A DNA stretch of 64,000 nucleotides from positions 641,449-705,448 of the forward strand of contig CP065013.1 of the NCBI GenBank assembly GCA_016700315.1, read 5' to 3'. Shown in pieces: positions 51,398 through 59,947 of the stretch (the stretch's first letter is position 1; each line of letters begins with the position of its first letter). Under the pieces are notes generated by a model. That model saw only the letters and a list, made by a program, of their open reading frames with translations. It had not been told where the DNA came from and did no database searches. The stretch is from Candidatus Saccharimonadota bacterium. GTDB taxonomy: Bacteria > Patescibacteriota > Saccharimonadia > Saccharimonadales > SZUA-47. The position numbers and the translations under genes were made by a program.

Positions 51398-52090
51398 ATG
51401 TCCAGATACGAATACCAAAGGAGTTATTACCATAAACGCTTAAAGGCCCGCAAGGTGAGGCTGGTAGCGATGGTATTTGCTATGGGTTTAGTTTTGTTTT
51501 TTGCTTTTCTAATCTATGATCGCTTCAAACAGAAACCGATTGAAGACAAAAAACCCGAAAGTACAACTAGCGTTTCTGCCAATGAAGGTGCCCAAGTAAG
51601 GCTTTTTACTACAGAATTTTTCCAATTTCAAGCAGATAACAAGTGGGTCGAAATCCCTGAGGCAAGCACCAAAAATAAGTTTGTTTTTAAGGCTAAAAAT
51701 GGCCCGCTGGTTGAGCACCAACTAGCAGTCTATGTCAACGAAATTCCACCTCCGTCAGACTACTTCGGTACTCGGCTGGTAGCAGTAGATGTTCTGCCAG
51801 AAGGGCGGTTTACCAATATAGATAGTGTTTCAGAACATTGCAAAAAAGCTGCTCCTGCTGGGGCCAAAAATGAGCCGCTATTGCTAAAGTTTTTGGACGT
51901 GAAGATTAATTGCAACGTTGGCGGTACTAACTATAGGGTATTGGTCGGTGTTAGAAATGGGACCAACTCTATAGAGATGAAACGGCCAAATGGCGAGAAT
52001 GCAACATATACTTTGGTTTATGACGACGTGACGGCTAACCCTTCCGGTAATCAGATCGGCTACATTTTGCCGACCTTTCAGACAAGGTAA
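51398..52090 (+). CDS. hypothetical N-terminally anchored protein (230 aa)
   Basis: Single TM (LVAMVFAMGLVLFFAFLIY) followed by a soluble domain. Confidence 0.45.
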   Translation: MSRYEYQRSYYHKRLKARKVRLVAMVFAMGLVLFFAFLIYDRFKQKPIEDKKPESTTSVSANEGAQVRLFTTEFFQFQADNKWVEIPEASTKNKFVFKAKNGPLVEHQLAVYVNEIPPPSDYFGTRLVAVDVLPEGRFTNIDSVSEHCKKAAPAGAKNEPLLLKFLDVKINCNVGGTNYRVLVGVRNGTNSIEMKRPNGENATYTLVYDDVTANPSGNQIGYILPTFQTR

Positions 52091-52126
52091 AAAGGCTTAT
52101 GGTATGATTTATTTGAGTAGAATACT

Positions 52127-52912
52127 ATGCGAACAATAAAAAGTTTTTGGCCAAAAAAATCAGCTATGCTCGTTGCCGTGCTCCTTATGGCTAGTTTTTC
52201 TAATGCTTACGCCCAGTATTCATCTGGTAGTTATAAGGTTGAAGAGGCCACCTTTGGAACAGGAGGTGAGTTAGATACCAGCTCGGCTAGTTACCGAGCG
52301 CAGGGTGCTGCAGGAGTTTTGGGGGTAGGCGATGCCTCTAGCGCAAGCTACGACGCCACAGCCGGGCTAATAACCCCCAACCAAGAGTACTTAGAGTTAA
52401 ATGTCGAAAATGTGACGATTAATCTGGGCGAACTTGACCCTACAACCACTAAGTTTGGGGCGGCTCAAGGAGGGGTGTGTAACTGCTCATTTTTTGTAAG
52501 AACCTATCTGTCAGATCAATATGTAGTAACAACTATGAGCGAGCCGCCAACTAGCGAAGCTGGGGTAATCCTGGCCGCCAAAACAACGCTCGGTATCCCT
52601 AGTTCAAGCGATGCAGTCGAGGAGTTCGGTATCAATCTCGTTGCCAATACAAGCCCTGGTTCGATGGGGGCAAACCCGGTTAACGTTCCTGACGGAACTT
52701 TTGCCGATGGGAAGGCAGAAACTGGCTACGATACGGTCAATCAATACAAGTACAACAAGGGCGACATTATCGCGCGTAGCGCTGCTACCTCAAGCAATCA
52801 AGCTACCGGCCAGACCAATTACACCATAAGCTACATTGTTAAAAGTAAAACTACCACTCCTGCTGGGCTTTACTCTATGTCACATGATATTGTGGCGACC
52901 GCACTTTATTAG
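52127..52912 (+). CDS. secreted beta-rich surface protein P1 (single conserved C-domain; WxL/fimbrial-like pattern)
   Basis: Signal peptide ...SNAYA/Q. Motifs LELNVENVTINLGELDP, EEFGINLVAN and C-terminal PAGLYSMSHDIVATALY parallel the C-terminal halves of P2-P4. Confidence 0.6.
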   Translation: MRTIKSFWPKKSAMLVAVLLMASFSNAYAQYSSGSYKVEEATFGTGGELDTSSASYRAQGAAGVLGVGDASSASYDATAGLITPNQEYLELNVENVTINLGELDPTTTKFGAAQGGVCNCSFFVRTYLSDQYVVTTMSEPPTSEAGVILAAKTTLGIPSSSDAVEEFGINLVANTSPGSMGANPVNVPDGTFADGKAETGYDTVNQYKYNKGDIIARSAATSSNQATGQTNYTISYIVKSKTTTPAGLYSMSHDIVATALY

Positions 52913-53288
52913 GGACGAGTTTATTTAAGAGCCAAGATTAGGTTTGAGGTTATAGGTTAGAGGTTATAGTGATTAGAGCTACGGACTAGTAGTTAGTAGT
53001 TGGTAGTTAGTAGTTGGTAGTTAGTAGTTAGTAGTTAGCAAATATTACCCCGTACCCTGTACTGCGTACCCCGTACCTCCTAGGGCCTAGGGACGAGTTT
53101 ATAGTTTATAGTTGATGGTTTATGGAAGAGCCGTGAGGCAAGAGACAAGACGCAAGAGTCATGAGCCAAGAGCTAGGGACTAGGAGCTAGGGTCTAGCGA
53201 ATACTACCCCGTACCCCGTACTGCGTACCGTCTAGGGACTAGGGTCTAGTTTCGAATTTCGTCCTCACTCCTCACGACTCACTACAAT
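52913..53288. repeat. heptamer-mosaic element C (~54 heptads)
   Basis: Runs of NNAGGTT x4; TAGTAGT/TGGTAGT x7; CCGTACC-like x4; CCTAGG x2; TTATAGT x3; AGAGNCA x6; GGGACTA-like x4; GTACCCC x3; CTAGGGN x2; ACTCCTC-like x3. Shares 43 identical nt with element A. Confidence 0.9.
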
Positions 53289-53300
53289 CCTGTGGATAAG

Positions 53301-53309
53301 TGCTATAAA
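53301..53309 (+). promoter_or_regulatory. possible extended -10 (TGCTATAAA) for P2
   Basis: The same TGCTATAAA nonamer, preceded by CTGTGGATAA, occurs upstream of P3 (55133-55141). Confidence 0.3.
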
Positions 53310-53405
53310 ATATCAAAATTAGCTTGCAATGCCCAAAACGCTCGTGCTAGACTACAGCCGTTAGTTACAAAAACTAAAAAACAAAATAAAAAAAGGAGAC
53401 CCCTT

Positions 53406-54686
53406 ATGACAAGTACGAAAAACTTCGTACGTCGCAATACTTTTGCGGCCGTTGCGGCGATGTTTGTCTGTGCAGCAATGCTACCGGCACTGCTTTCACG
53501 CCGCGCCAATGCTGCTGTTCAGATGACTGAGCGGCAAATAAAACTATCAACATCTAAAGTAAGCGCAACAGATGTTACGCACACAGTAAGCTTCAAGGTC
53601 GCTACGACTGGAGCCGTGCAAGGTATCGTTGTTGATTATTGTACTAGCCCGCTAGTAGATACATCATGTACTGCTCCGACAGGTTTGGATACCAAAGCGC
53701 CTACAACCTTGGTTCTTGCTAACCAATCAGGTATTTCAGGCTTTTCGATCGTAACAGGCAGCTCTAGCTCCAACAAGGTAGTATTAACTAATGGTTCTGG
53801 CGGATCTATTTCAGCTGGAACAACAGTCAGCTTCGATCTTGGATCTAGTGGCGGTACAGACGGAGAAACCAACCCTTCAACTAATGGTAGTTTCTATGCT
53901 CGTATTGTAACTTATGCCACTGCGGCTGGTGCAACAGGTTACGTATCTAACGCCATCAATACCGGTGGTACGGCTGTTGACGCTGGCGGTGTAGCCATGA
54001 GCACAGCTAACCAACTTACCGTTAACGCTCGCGTTCAGGAAGTCTTGGTCTTCTGTGTTGGTACTGATGACGCTAACGCAGCTAACGATTGTTCAGACAT
54101 TTCTGGTACGACCGTTGACCTTGGAGTAGTTCAAAGCGGCACGCCGAGTATTTCCCCTGTTGCAACAAGTAGCGGTGGTAACAATAAGAATGGTCTAGCC
54201 ATGATACGTACAAACGCCGTCAACGGTGTAGTAGTGGATTACTTTGCAGAAGCCGTAACTGGCGATAGTGGTTCAACCCACATGGGTGCGCTGCGTGTAT
54301 CTGGTTCAACCTGTACTGGCGACGGTACAATTGCTACTGGTAGCAAAACTGACCAATGTTTTAACAGCTCAGGAACAACTCAAGCAGTCTTTGGTACGAG
54401 TGACGAAGGTTTCGGTATGACCTCATCCAGTGTTGATACAACAAATGGTACTACTACTAACTTAGTGCGTGACACTGAGTATGATGGTGACGGCACTAAC
54501 GGTGCTGGTAATGGTTGGGCATGGGCTCAAACTACTCCAGATCGTCTAGCCAGCTCCACAGCTTCAGGTGTTAAAGTTGTAGACGACGAAATGCTGATCT
54601 TGCGCTTTGCTGCTCAGGCAGCTGTAACGACTCCAACTGGTCAATACGGCGTAACAAGCACTTACGTAGCAACCTCTAGCTTCTAA
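53406..54686 (+). CDS. secreted surface protein P2 (variable N-domain plus conserved C-domain)
   Basis: ATG at 53406, 8 nt after AGGAG. Signal peptide ...RRANA/A. N-terminal strand RQIKLSTSKVSATDVTHTVSF and Cys pairs. C-terminal GQYGVTSTYVATSSF. Confidence 0.7.
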   Translation: MTSTKNFVRRNTFAAVAAMFVCAAMLPALLSRRANAAVQMTERQIKLSTSKVSATDVTHTVSFKVATTGAVQGIVVDYCTSPLVDTSCTAPTGLDTKAPTTLVLANQSGISGFSIVTGSSSSNKVVLTNGSGGSISAGTTVSFDLGSSGGTDGETNPSTNGSFYARIVTYATAAGATGYVSNAINTGGTAVDAGGVAMSTANQLTVNARVQEVLVFCVGTDDANAANDCSDISGTTVDLGVVQSGTPSISPVATSSGGNNKNGLAMIRTNAVNGVVVDYFAEAVTGDSGSTHMGALRVSGSTCTGDGTIATGSKTDQCFNSSGTTQAVFGTSDEGFGMTSSSVDTTNGTTTNLVRDTEYDGDGTNGAGNGWAWAQTTPDRLASSTASGVKVVDDEMLILRFAAQAAVTTPTGQYGVTSTYVATSSF

Positions 54687-54703
54687 AAGCTTAACGTTCG
54701 AAC

Positions 54704-54735
54704 AAAAGCTCCGCGAATTAATGCGGAGCTTTTTA
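54704..54735 (+). terminator. rho-independent terminator after P2
   Basis: AAAAGCTCCGC GAATTAAT GCGGAGCTTTT followed by TAT. Confidence 0.7.
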
Positions 54736-54749
54736 TGTGTATGCGTTTA

Positions 54750-55098
54750 GCTAATAGGGGTATAGGACGAGTTTATAGTTTATAGTTGATAGTTGATAGA
54801 AGAGCCAAGATTAGGTTAGAGGTTATAGGAAGAGCCAAGATTAGGTTAGAGGTTTATGGAAGAGACAAGATTAGGTTAGAGGTTAGAGGTTATAGTGATT
54901 AGTAGGACTACGGACTAGTAGTTAGTAGGTAGTAGTTAGTAGGTAGCAAGTATTACGCCGTACCGCGTACCTCGTACCACGTACCGACTAGGGACTAAAG
55001 TCTAGGGAACAGGGTCTATTTTAGAATTTAGTGCTTTGGATTTAGGATTTTATACTTCATGCTTGCTACCAACTACCATCTACCAACTTACCTCATTA
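54750..55098. repeat. heptamer-mosaic element D (contains a 3 x 30-nt higher-order repeat at 54801-54890)
   Basis: GTTTATA x2; GTTGATA x2; AGAGCCAAGATTAGGTTAGAGGTT(A)TAGGA x3; GTAGTTA/GTAGGTA x4; GTACCNC x5; CTAGGGA-like x4; GGATTT-type; CTACCA x3. Confidence 0.9.
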
Positions 55099-55132
55099 CT
55101 GTGGATAAAGGGTTGCGCTTAAGCTTAAAACT

Positions 55133-55141
55133 TGCTATAAA
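55133..55141 (+). promoter_or_regulatory. possible extended -10 (TGCTATAAA) for P3
   Basis: Conserved with 53301-53309. Confidence 0.3.
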
Positions 55142-55255
55142 GATAGAGCATAACCTAAAACAAAAACATTAATTAAATCAATATTCCAACTACTACAGTG
55201 TAGCGGTCGTGCGCTAGTGAGTAGTAGCTCGGAGTAGCGTTTAAAAGGAGCGCTT

Positions 55256-56506
55256 ATGAATAAAACTAACGCCCTCAGTAAGAGGGTGCAACTGCTCGCT
55301 TTTGCGGGCCTGATGGTTGCTGCTGCAATTCTGCCGGCATTTGCAAAAATGCGCGTAGAAGCTTATGCACAGCCAAGTGAAAGGTCGATTAATATATCGA
55401 CTTCAGAAGCGGGTGCGACTGACGTGACTTATACGGTTTCGTTCAAGCCTGCGACTACAATTACAGCACAAGGTATTGTGGTAGAAATTTGCGATAGTCC
55501 TTTAGTGGGAACAGTCTGTTCTTCGGCTGGTGGTTCAAGTGGCTTCGACAGTAACGAGGCGAACTTAGCAGTGACAGCTACAGGGCTAACTTTGGATGCG
55601 GCAACAGATACAAATACGATCGTACTCACGGGTAGTGCGAGCCTCACAGCGGGCACAGCGTACACAATAACTCTCGGAAATACCGGCGGTAACGATGGCG
55701 TAACAAACCCATCTGCTGCAGGTAGCTTCTATGGAAGGATCATCACTTACACTAGCAGTGCGACTGCCGTGGCATACGATTCTTCTACAACGGGTGCAAA
55801 TAACCCTGGCGCTGCAACAGACGCTGGCGGTGTAGCCATGAGCACAGCTAACCAACTTACCGTTAACGCTCGCGTTCAGGAAGTATTGGTCTTCTGTGTT
55901 GGTACTGATGACGCAAACGCAGCTAATGACTGTTCAGATATAACTGGTAATACAGTAGATTTGGGAGTTGTTCAGGCGGGTGCTTTGAGCACTTCGCCAG
56001 TAGCTACAAGTCAGGGCGGCAACAACAAGAATGGTCTAGCCATGGTGCGTACAAACGCTGTAAATGGTGTGACTATAGACTACTTTGCTGAAGCAGTAAC
56101 CGGCGACACAGGCTCAACCCACATGGGTGCGCTCCGTGTCTCTGGAGCAACTTGTACTGGCGACGGTACCTTTGCTACAGGTAGCAAAACCGACCAATGT
56201 TTTAACAGTATGGGGCTTACCCAAACTGCGATTACTGACGAAGGCTTTGGTATGACGCTTGACCCTGTTGACACCTCTAACGGTACGACAGCCAACCTAA
56301 CTCGCGATACTCAATACGACGGTGTCGCAGGCGGATTTGCTTGGTCTGCAACCACAACCGATACTATTGCTAGCTCAACGGCATCTGGCGTAAAAGTTGT
56401 TGACGATGAGTTGATGACTTTGCGCTTTGCTGCACAAGCTGCTGTAACAACCCCAACCGGTCAATATGGTGTTACGAGCACCTATATTGCTACAGCATCT
56501 TACTAA
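55256..56506 (+). CDS. secreted surface protein P3 (paralog of P2)
   Basis: Signal peptide ...VEAYA/Q. The C-terminal ~230 aa are roughly 85-90% identical to P2 (a 65-nt identical DNA run starts at 53989/55820). The N-terminal ~170 aa are divergent. Confidence 0.75.
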   Translation: MNKTNALSKRVQLLAFAGLMVAAAILPAFAKMRVEAYAQPSERSINISTSEAGATDVTYTVSFKPATTITAQGIVVEICDSPLVGTVCSSAGGSSGFDSNEANLAVTATGLTLDAATDTNTIVLTGSASLTAGTAYTITLGNTGGNDGVTNPSAAGSFYGRIITYTSSATAVAYDSSTTGANNPGAATDAGGVAMSTANQLTVNARVQEVLVFCVGTDDANAANDCSDITGNTVDLGVVQAGALSTSPVATSQGGNNKNGLAMVRTNAVNGVTIDYFAEAVTGDTGSTHMGALRVSGATCTGDGTFATGSKTDQCFNSMGLTQTAITDEGFGMTLDPVDTSNGTTANLTRDTQYDGVAGGFAWSATTTDTIASSTASGVKVVDDELMTLRFAAQAAVTTPTGQYGVTSTYIATASY

Positions 56507-56580
56507 AAGCTAACAATTGTTTTTGGGCACGATAAAGATAAACGTTTTAGGAAAATGCATTTAATACTACAATATAAGCA

Positions 56581-57636
56581 ATGAGACATAGGTCTAGTAA
56601 TGCGGTTGTGGTATTTGGGCGGGCAGGAATCTGTTTCCTGCTCGCTCTTTTAATTGTCAATTTTGGCCCGCGCGCCGACGCTGCTGATTTTCAGAACAGG
56701 TCGATAAGGTTGTCTTCGCCATCTGCGGGAGAGGCTTCTAATCACACCTTTAGCTTTACGAACCCGACCGTTTCGGTAGTTGGATCAATCGTATTACAAT
56801 ATTGCGCCAATAGTCCGCTTTTTATTGATCCTTGCGCCGCGCCAGCAGGGCTTGATGCGACAGCAGCTAGTTTGGCCAGCCAAACCGGCAATGTCGGATT
56901 CGTAAAGGACGCCTCGAGTACAGCCAGTCGTATCGTACTTTCCAGAGCGCCGGCCGGCAGCCTGAGCATCAATAGCAGCTATACCTTAAATAATGTGATC
57001 AACCCAACCCTTGCCGACCAAACATTCTTCGGACGCATAAGCATGCACGCAAGTAGTGACGGCAGCGGGCCAGCAATCGATCAAGGTGCGGTAGCATTTT
57101 CGACCAGTGGGTCGTTTAATATAGGCGCCTACGTCCCGCCTTTTCTGATCTTTTGTGTAGGTGTTACTGTGGCACCTGATTGTTCGTCTACCACAGGTAA
57201 TTTAATAGATTTTGGCGTACTGGCACCTACTATAACGGCTTTGGCAACTACGCAGTTTGCTGGAGCAACAAACGATTTTACAGGCTACCAAGTTTTTGTA
57301 AACGGCCAAACTATGACATCAGGTAACAATGCTATTCCAGAGCTGACTATTCCAGGATCAAGCAGCCAGGGCGTTAGTCAGTTTGGGCTAAATCTGCGCT
57401 TAAACAACGCGCCAGTAGTTGGCAATAACCCATCCGGAAGCGGCACAGCAGTGGTTGATCCTAAATATAACACTTCTAATCTTTTTGCTTTTGGCGATGG
57501 CGATAAGGTCGTTAGTTCGCCCATCACAACTGATTTCAATGTCTTCACCCAAAGCTATTTAGTTAACGTCTCAGCCTTACAAAAGCCAGGCGTTTATGCG
57601 ACAACTCTTTTATATACAGCTGTTGCTAGTTTTTGA
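56581..57636 (+). CDS. secreted surface protein P4 (distant paralog of P2/P3)
   Basis: Signal peptide ...PRADA/A. RSIRLSSPSAGEASNHTFSF, YCANSPLFIDPCAAPAGL, LIFCVGVTVAPDCSSTTGNLIDFGVL, C-terminal PGVYATTLLYTAVASF. Confidence 0.7.
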   Translation: MRHRSSNAVVVFGRAGICFLLALLIVNFGPRADAADFQNRSIRLSSPSAGEASNHTFSFTNPTVSVVGSIVLQYCANSPLFIDPCAAPAGLDATAASLASQTGNVGFVKDASSTASRIVLSRAPAGSLSINSSYTLNNVINPTLADQTFFGRISMHASSDGSGPAIDQGAVAFSTSGSFNIGAYVPPFLIFCVGVTVAPDCSSTTGNLIDFGVLAPTITALATTQFAGATNDFTGYQVFVNGQTMTSGNNAIPELTIPGSSSQGVSQFGLNLRLNNAPVVGNNPSGSGTAVVDPKYNTSNLFAFGDGDKVVSSPITTDFNVFTQSYLVNVSALQKPGVYATTLLYTAVASF

Positions 57637-57660
57637 GTAGTAAGTCCGCCTAAGTCGGAC

Positions 57661-57922
57661 TAGGAACGAGGGGGGAGTTAGCGGTTAGTAGCAAGTAGTT
57701 AGTAGTAAGTAGCAAGCGTTAAATTCTAAATTCTAAAATAGACCCTGGACCCTGGACCCTAGTCCCTGGTCCCTAGCTCTTGGCTCTACTTGAACAGTAC
57801 GCAGTAAGAGGTACGCGGTACGGGGTAATATTTGCTAACTACCAACTACCAACTACCAACTACCAACTACTAACTACTGGTCCATTGCCCTAATCACTCT
57901 AACCTATAACCTCTAACCTAAT
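57661..57922. repeat. heptamer-mosaic element E (reverse-complement orientation relative to A, C and D)
   Basis: Contains GGTACGGGGTAATATTTGCTAACTACC, the reverse complement of the GGTAGTTAGCAAATATTACCCCGTACC module in C, plus GACCCTG/GTCCCTA, AACTACC x5 and TAACCT runs. Confidence 0.9.
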
Positions 57923-58017
57923 AGCAAGAAACAGTTGTGAATTTTATAATGCTGCTTGCGCTTTTTCTAACTCTCTATTATGCTAGTGGTAAGTATCATT
58001 TTAAAGTGAGGGAAAGA

Positions 58018-58992
58018 ATGAAAAAAACAAAACAAATTATTGCAGCATTGTTCATGGCTTTTGGCTTGTTCATACAGCCAGCAATAGTACTAGCACAACA
58101 ACAAGCACAAACAGGTAGTGGCTTGAGCATTTCGCCAACTAGGACCGATCTAGTGGTGGATGCTGGAACTTCTGCTGATTTAACAATATCAATCAAGAAC
58201 GTAACTGGTGGCGGCGTTACAGCCAAAGCTTTTGTCAATGATTTCCAGAGCGACAACGTGTCTGGCGAGCCAAAGTTAATTGTTGATCCTAACCAACAAG
58301 TCGTAGGAAGTATCAAGAAGTTCTTGAATGGATTAAACGATGTGCCACTCGCTAAAGGCGAATCAAAAGATGTCAAAATGAGTGTTAATATTCCTGCTGA
58401 TACGCCCCCAGGCGCTTACTATGGGGTTATACGCTTCCAAGCTGTTCCTGTCGATCAGGCAGCTCCTGGTGATGGCCAGGTGGCGTTGACAGCAAGTGTT
58501 GGTTCGATTGTTCTGATTGAAGTCCCAGGAAATATTACTGAGAAAATCCGCGTTAACAAAGTCGGTGCTTATGCTGGCAATGTCTCCCGCAGTATCATGA
58601 CTGCAAAGCCTACAGAAGTTGGTATTGAGATCGAAAACCTCGGTAACGGCTTTGCTAAGCCATTCGGTCGTGTAGAAGTTAAGAACATGTTTGGTAAGCT
58701 AGTAAAAGCTTATGAGCTAAACAACTCTAACCCTCGTGGAGTGGTCTTGCCAGAGTCTAAACGCTTGTTCAAGGATTCTGTGGAGGGCGTTAATCTTCCT
58801 GGCCGCTACACAATATCGTCAAACATCTCATACGGTAGAGGCGGAGATATCATTAGTGCTACCAAGACATTCTGGTATCTGCCATTCTGGTTTGTGGCAA
58901 TTTTGCTTGTAGTGCTGTTCGCGCTAATCTTCAGCGCATGGCTACTTTACCGACGCTATATCTCGCAGTCAGTAACAAAGCGTAAGAAATAG
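58018..58992 (+). CDS. DUF916/DUF3324-like cell-surface protein with a C-terminal TM anchor (P5)
   Basis: Signal peptide. LSISPTRTDLVVDAGTSADLTISIKNV..., PGAYYGVIRF, LPGRYTISSNISY, then TM FWFVAILLVVLFALIFSAWLLY plus RRY. This is the architecture of CscA-type proteins in Firmicute WxL loci. Confidence 0.55.
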   Translation: MKKTKQIIAALFMAFGLFIQPAIVLAQQQAQTGSGLSISPTRTDLVVDAGTSADLTISIKNVTGGGVTAKAFVNDFQSDNVSGEPKLIVDPNQQVVGSIKKFLNGLNDVPLAKGESKDVKMSVNIPADTPPGAYYGVIRFQAVPVDQAAPGDGQVALTASVGSIVLIEVPGNITEKIRVNKVGAYAGNVSRSIMTAKPTEVGIEIENLGNGFAKPFGRVEVKNMFGKLVKAYELNNSNPRGVVLPESKRLFKDSVEGVNLPGRYTISSNISYGRGGDIISATKTFWYLPFWFVAILLVVLFALIFSAWLLYRRYISQSVTKRKK

Positions 58993-59014
58993 ATACGGCT
59001 CGAGAGTCAAACAG

Positions 59015-59048
59015 CAACAGTTCCGCGATACGCGGGACTGTTGTTTTT
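59015..59048 (+). terminator. rho-independent terminator after P5
   Basis: CAACAGTTCCGCG ATA CGCGGGACTGTTG followed by TTTTT. Confidence 0.7.
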
Positions 59049-59077
59049 ATAGAGGTTTTCGTCTAAAGTAATTACTA

Positions 59078-59947
59078 ATGAGCATAAGCATTAAAGGTGT
59101 CGTATTGTCTCTGTTGGTAGCGGTTTTTGTTCCTGCTTCTGTTTTTGCTGCTAGCGAGCAGGGTTCGGTTGGTTTGACCGGTACGATACCCGCCGACCCG
59201 CCAAAAGTTGGGGCTACAATTAGTACGCCGACCAGCGGCCAGACTTTTACGCAGATACCCGTGAAGGTCAATGGAATTTGCCCTAAAGATCTGCTGGTCA
59301 AGCTTTTCAAGAACAATGTCTTTGCTGGTAGTCAACAGTGTACAACGGGCAGCTTCTCGATCGAAATCGATCTTTTTAGTGGTGCAAACGAGTTAGTCGC
59401 AAGAGTTTATGATGATTTAGATCAGCAGGGCCCCGACTCAAATACAGTTAGCGTCACCTTTAACGACACCAAACCGCCGGGTGCCGGCTCGCGCGTTACT
59501 GTAACTACTAACTTTGCTAAGCGCGGTACAAACCCAGGCTCGCCGCTGACATGGCCGATTCTGATTAGTGGTGGAGCAGGTCCATACGCTGTCAGTGTAG
59601 ACTGGGGTGATGGTAAAAAAGCCGATCTAATAAGTCGGTCTTTTCCTGGGGGGATGGATCTGACGCACGTTTATGACACGCCCGGTGTCTATAATGTAAC
59701 AATTAAGGTCAGTGATAAAGATGGCACGACCGCCTTTTTACAGGTGGTTGGGGTGGCTAACGGTCCTTTGAGTCAGACTAACGACGGCACTGCTGGAGGC
59801 ACCAACACAACTACTACAAAAACTAAGATTGTTATATGGCCACTTTTCTTTTTGATCCCTTTTGTTATTACAACTTTTTGGCTGGGCCGAAAGCATCAGC
59901 TGAAGGTTATCAAGTCCAAAATAGCCCGCGGCGAACGCCCTTTCTGA
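59078..59947 (+). CDS. PKD-domain surface protein with a C-terminal TM anchor (P6)
   Basis: Signal peptide. PKD signature VDWGDGKK...THVYDTPGVYNVTIKVSDKDG. C-terminal TM IVIWPLFFLIPFVITTFWL followed by basic residues. Confidence 0.7.
   Translation: MSISIKGVVLSLLVAVFVPASVFAASEQGSVGLTGTIPADPPKVGATISTPTSGQTFTQIPVKVNGICPKDLLVKLFKNNVFAGSQQCTTGSFSIEIDLFSGANELVARVYDDLDQQGPDSNTVSVTFNDTKPPGAGSRVTVTTNFAKRGTNPGSPLTWPILISGGAGPYAVSVDWGDGKKADLISRSFPGGMDLTHVYDTPGVYNVTIKVSDKDGTTAFLQVVGVANGPLSQTNDGTAGGTNTTTTKTKIVIWPLFFLIPFVITTFWLGRKHQLKVIKSKIARGERPF

Noticed and set aside
52913-53288. Repeat-rich intergenic blocks as possible CRISPR arrays.
   Set aside because: The period is 7 nt with no unique spacers and no 25-40-nt repeat unit. 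No cas genes are in the window.
53292-53405. GTG-initiated upstream extension of P2 (track start 53292).
   Set aside because: It starts inside the promoter-like box. The ATG at 53406 has an AGGAG RBS and begins a typical signal peptide.
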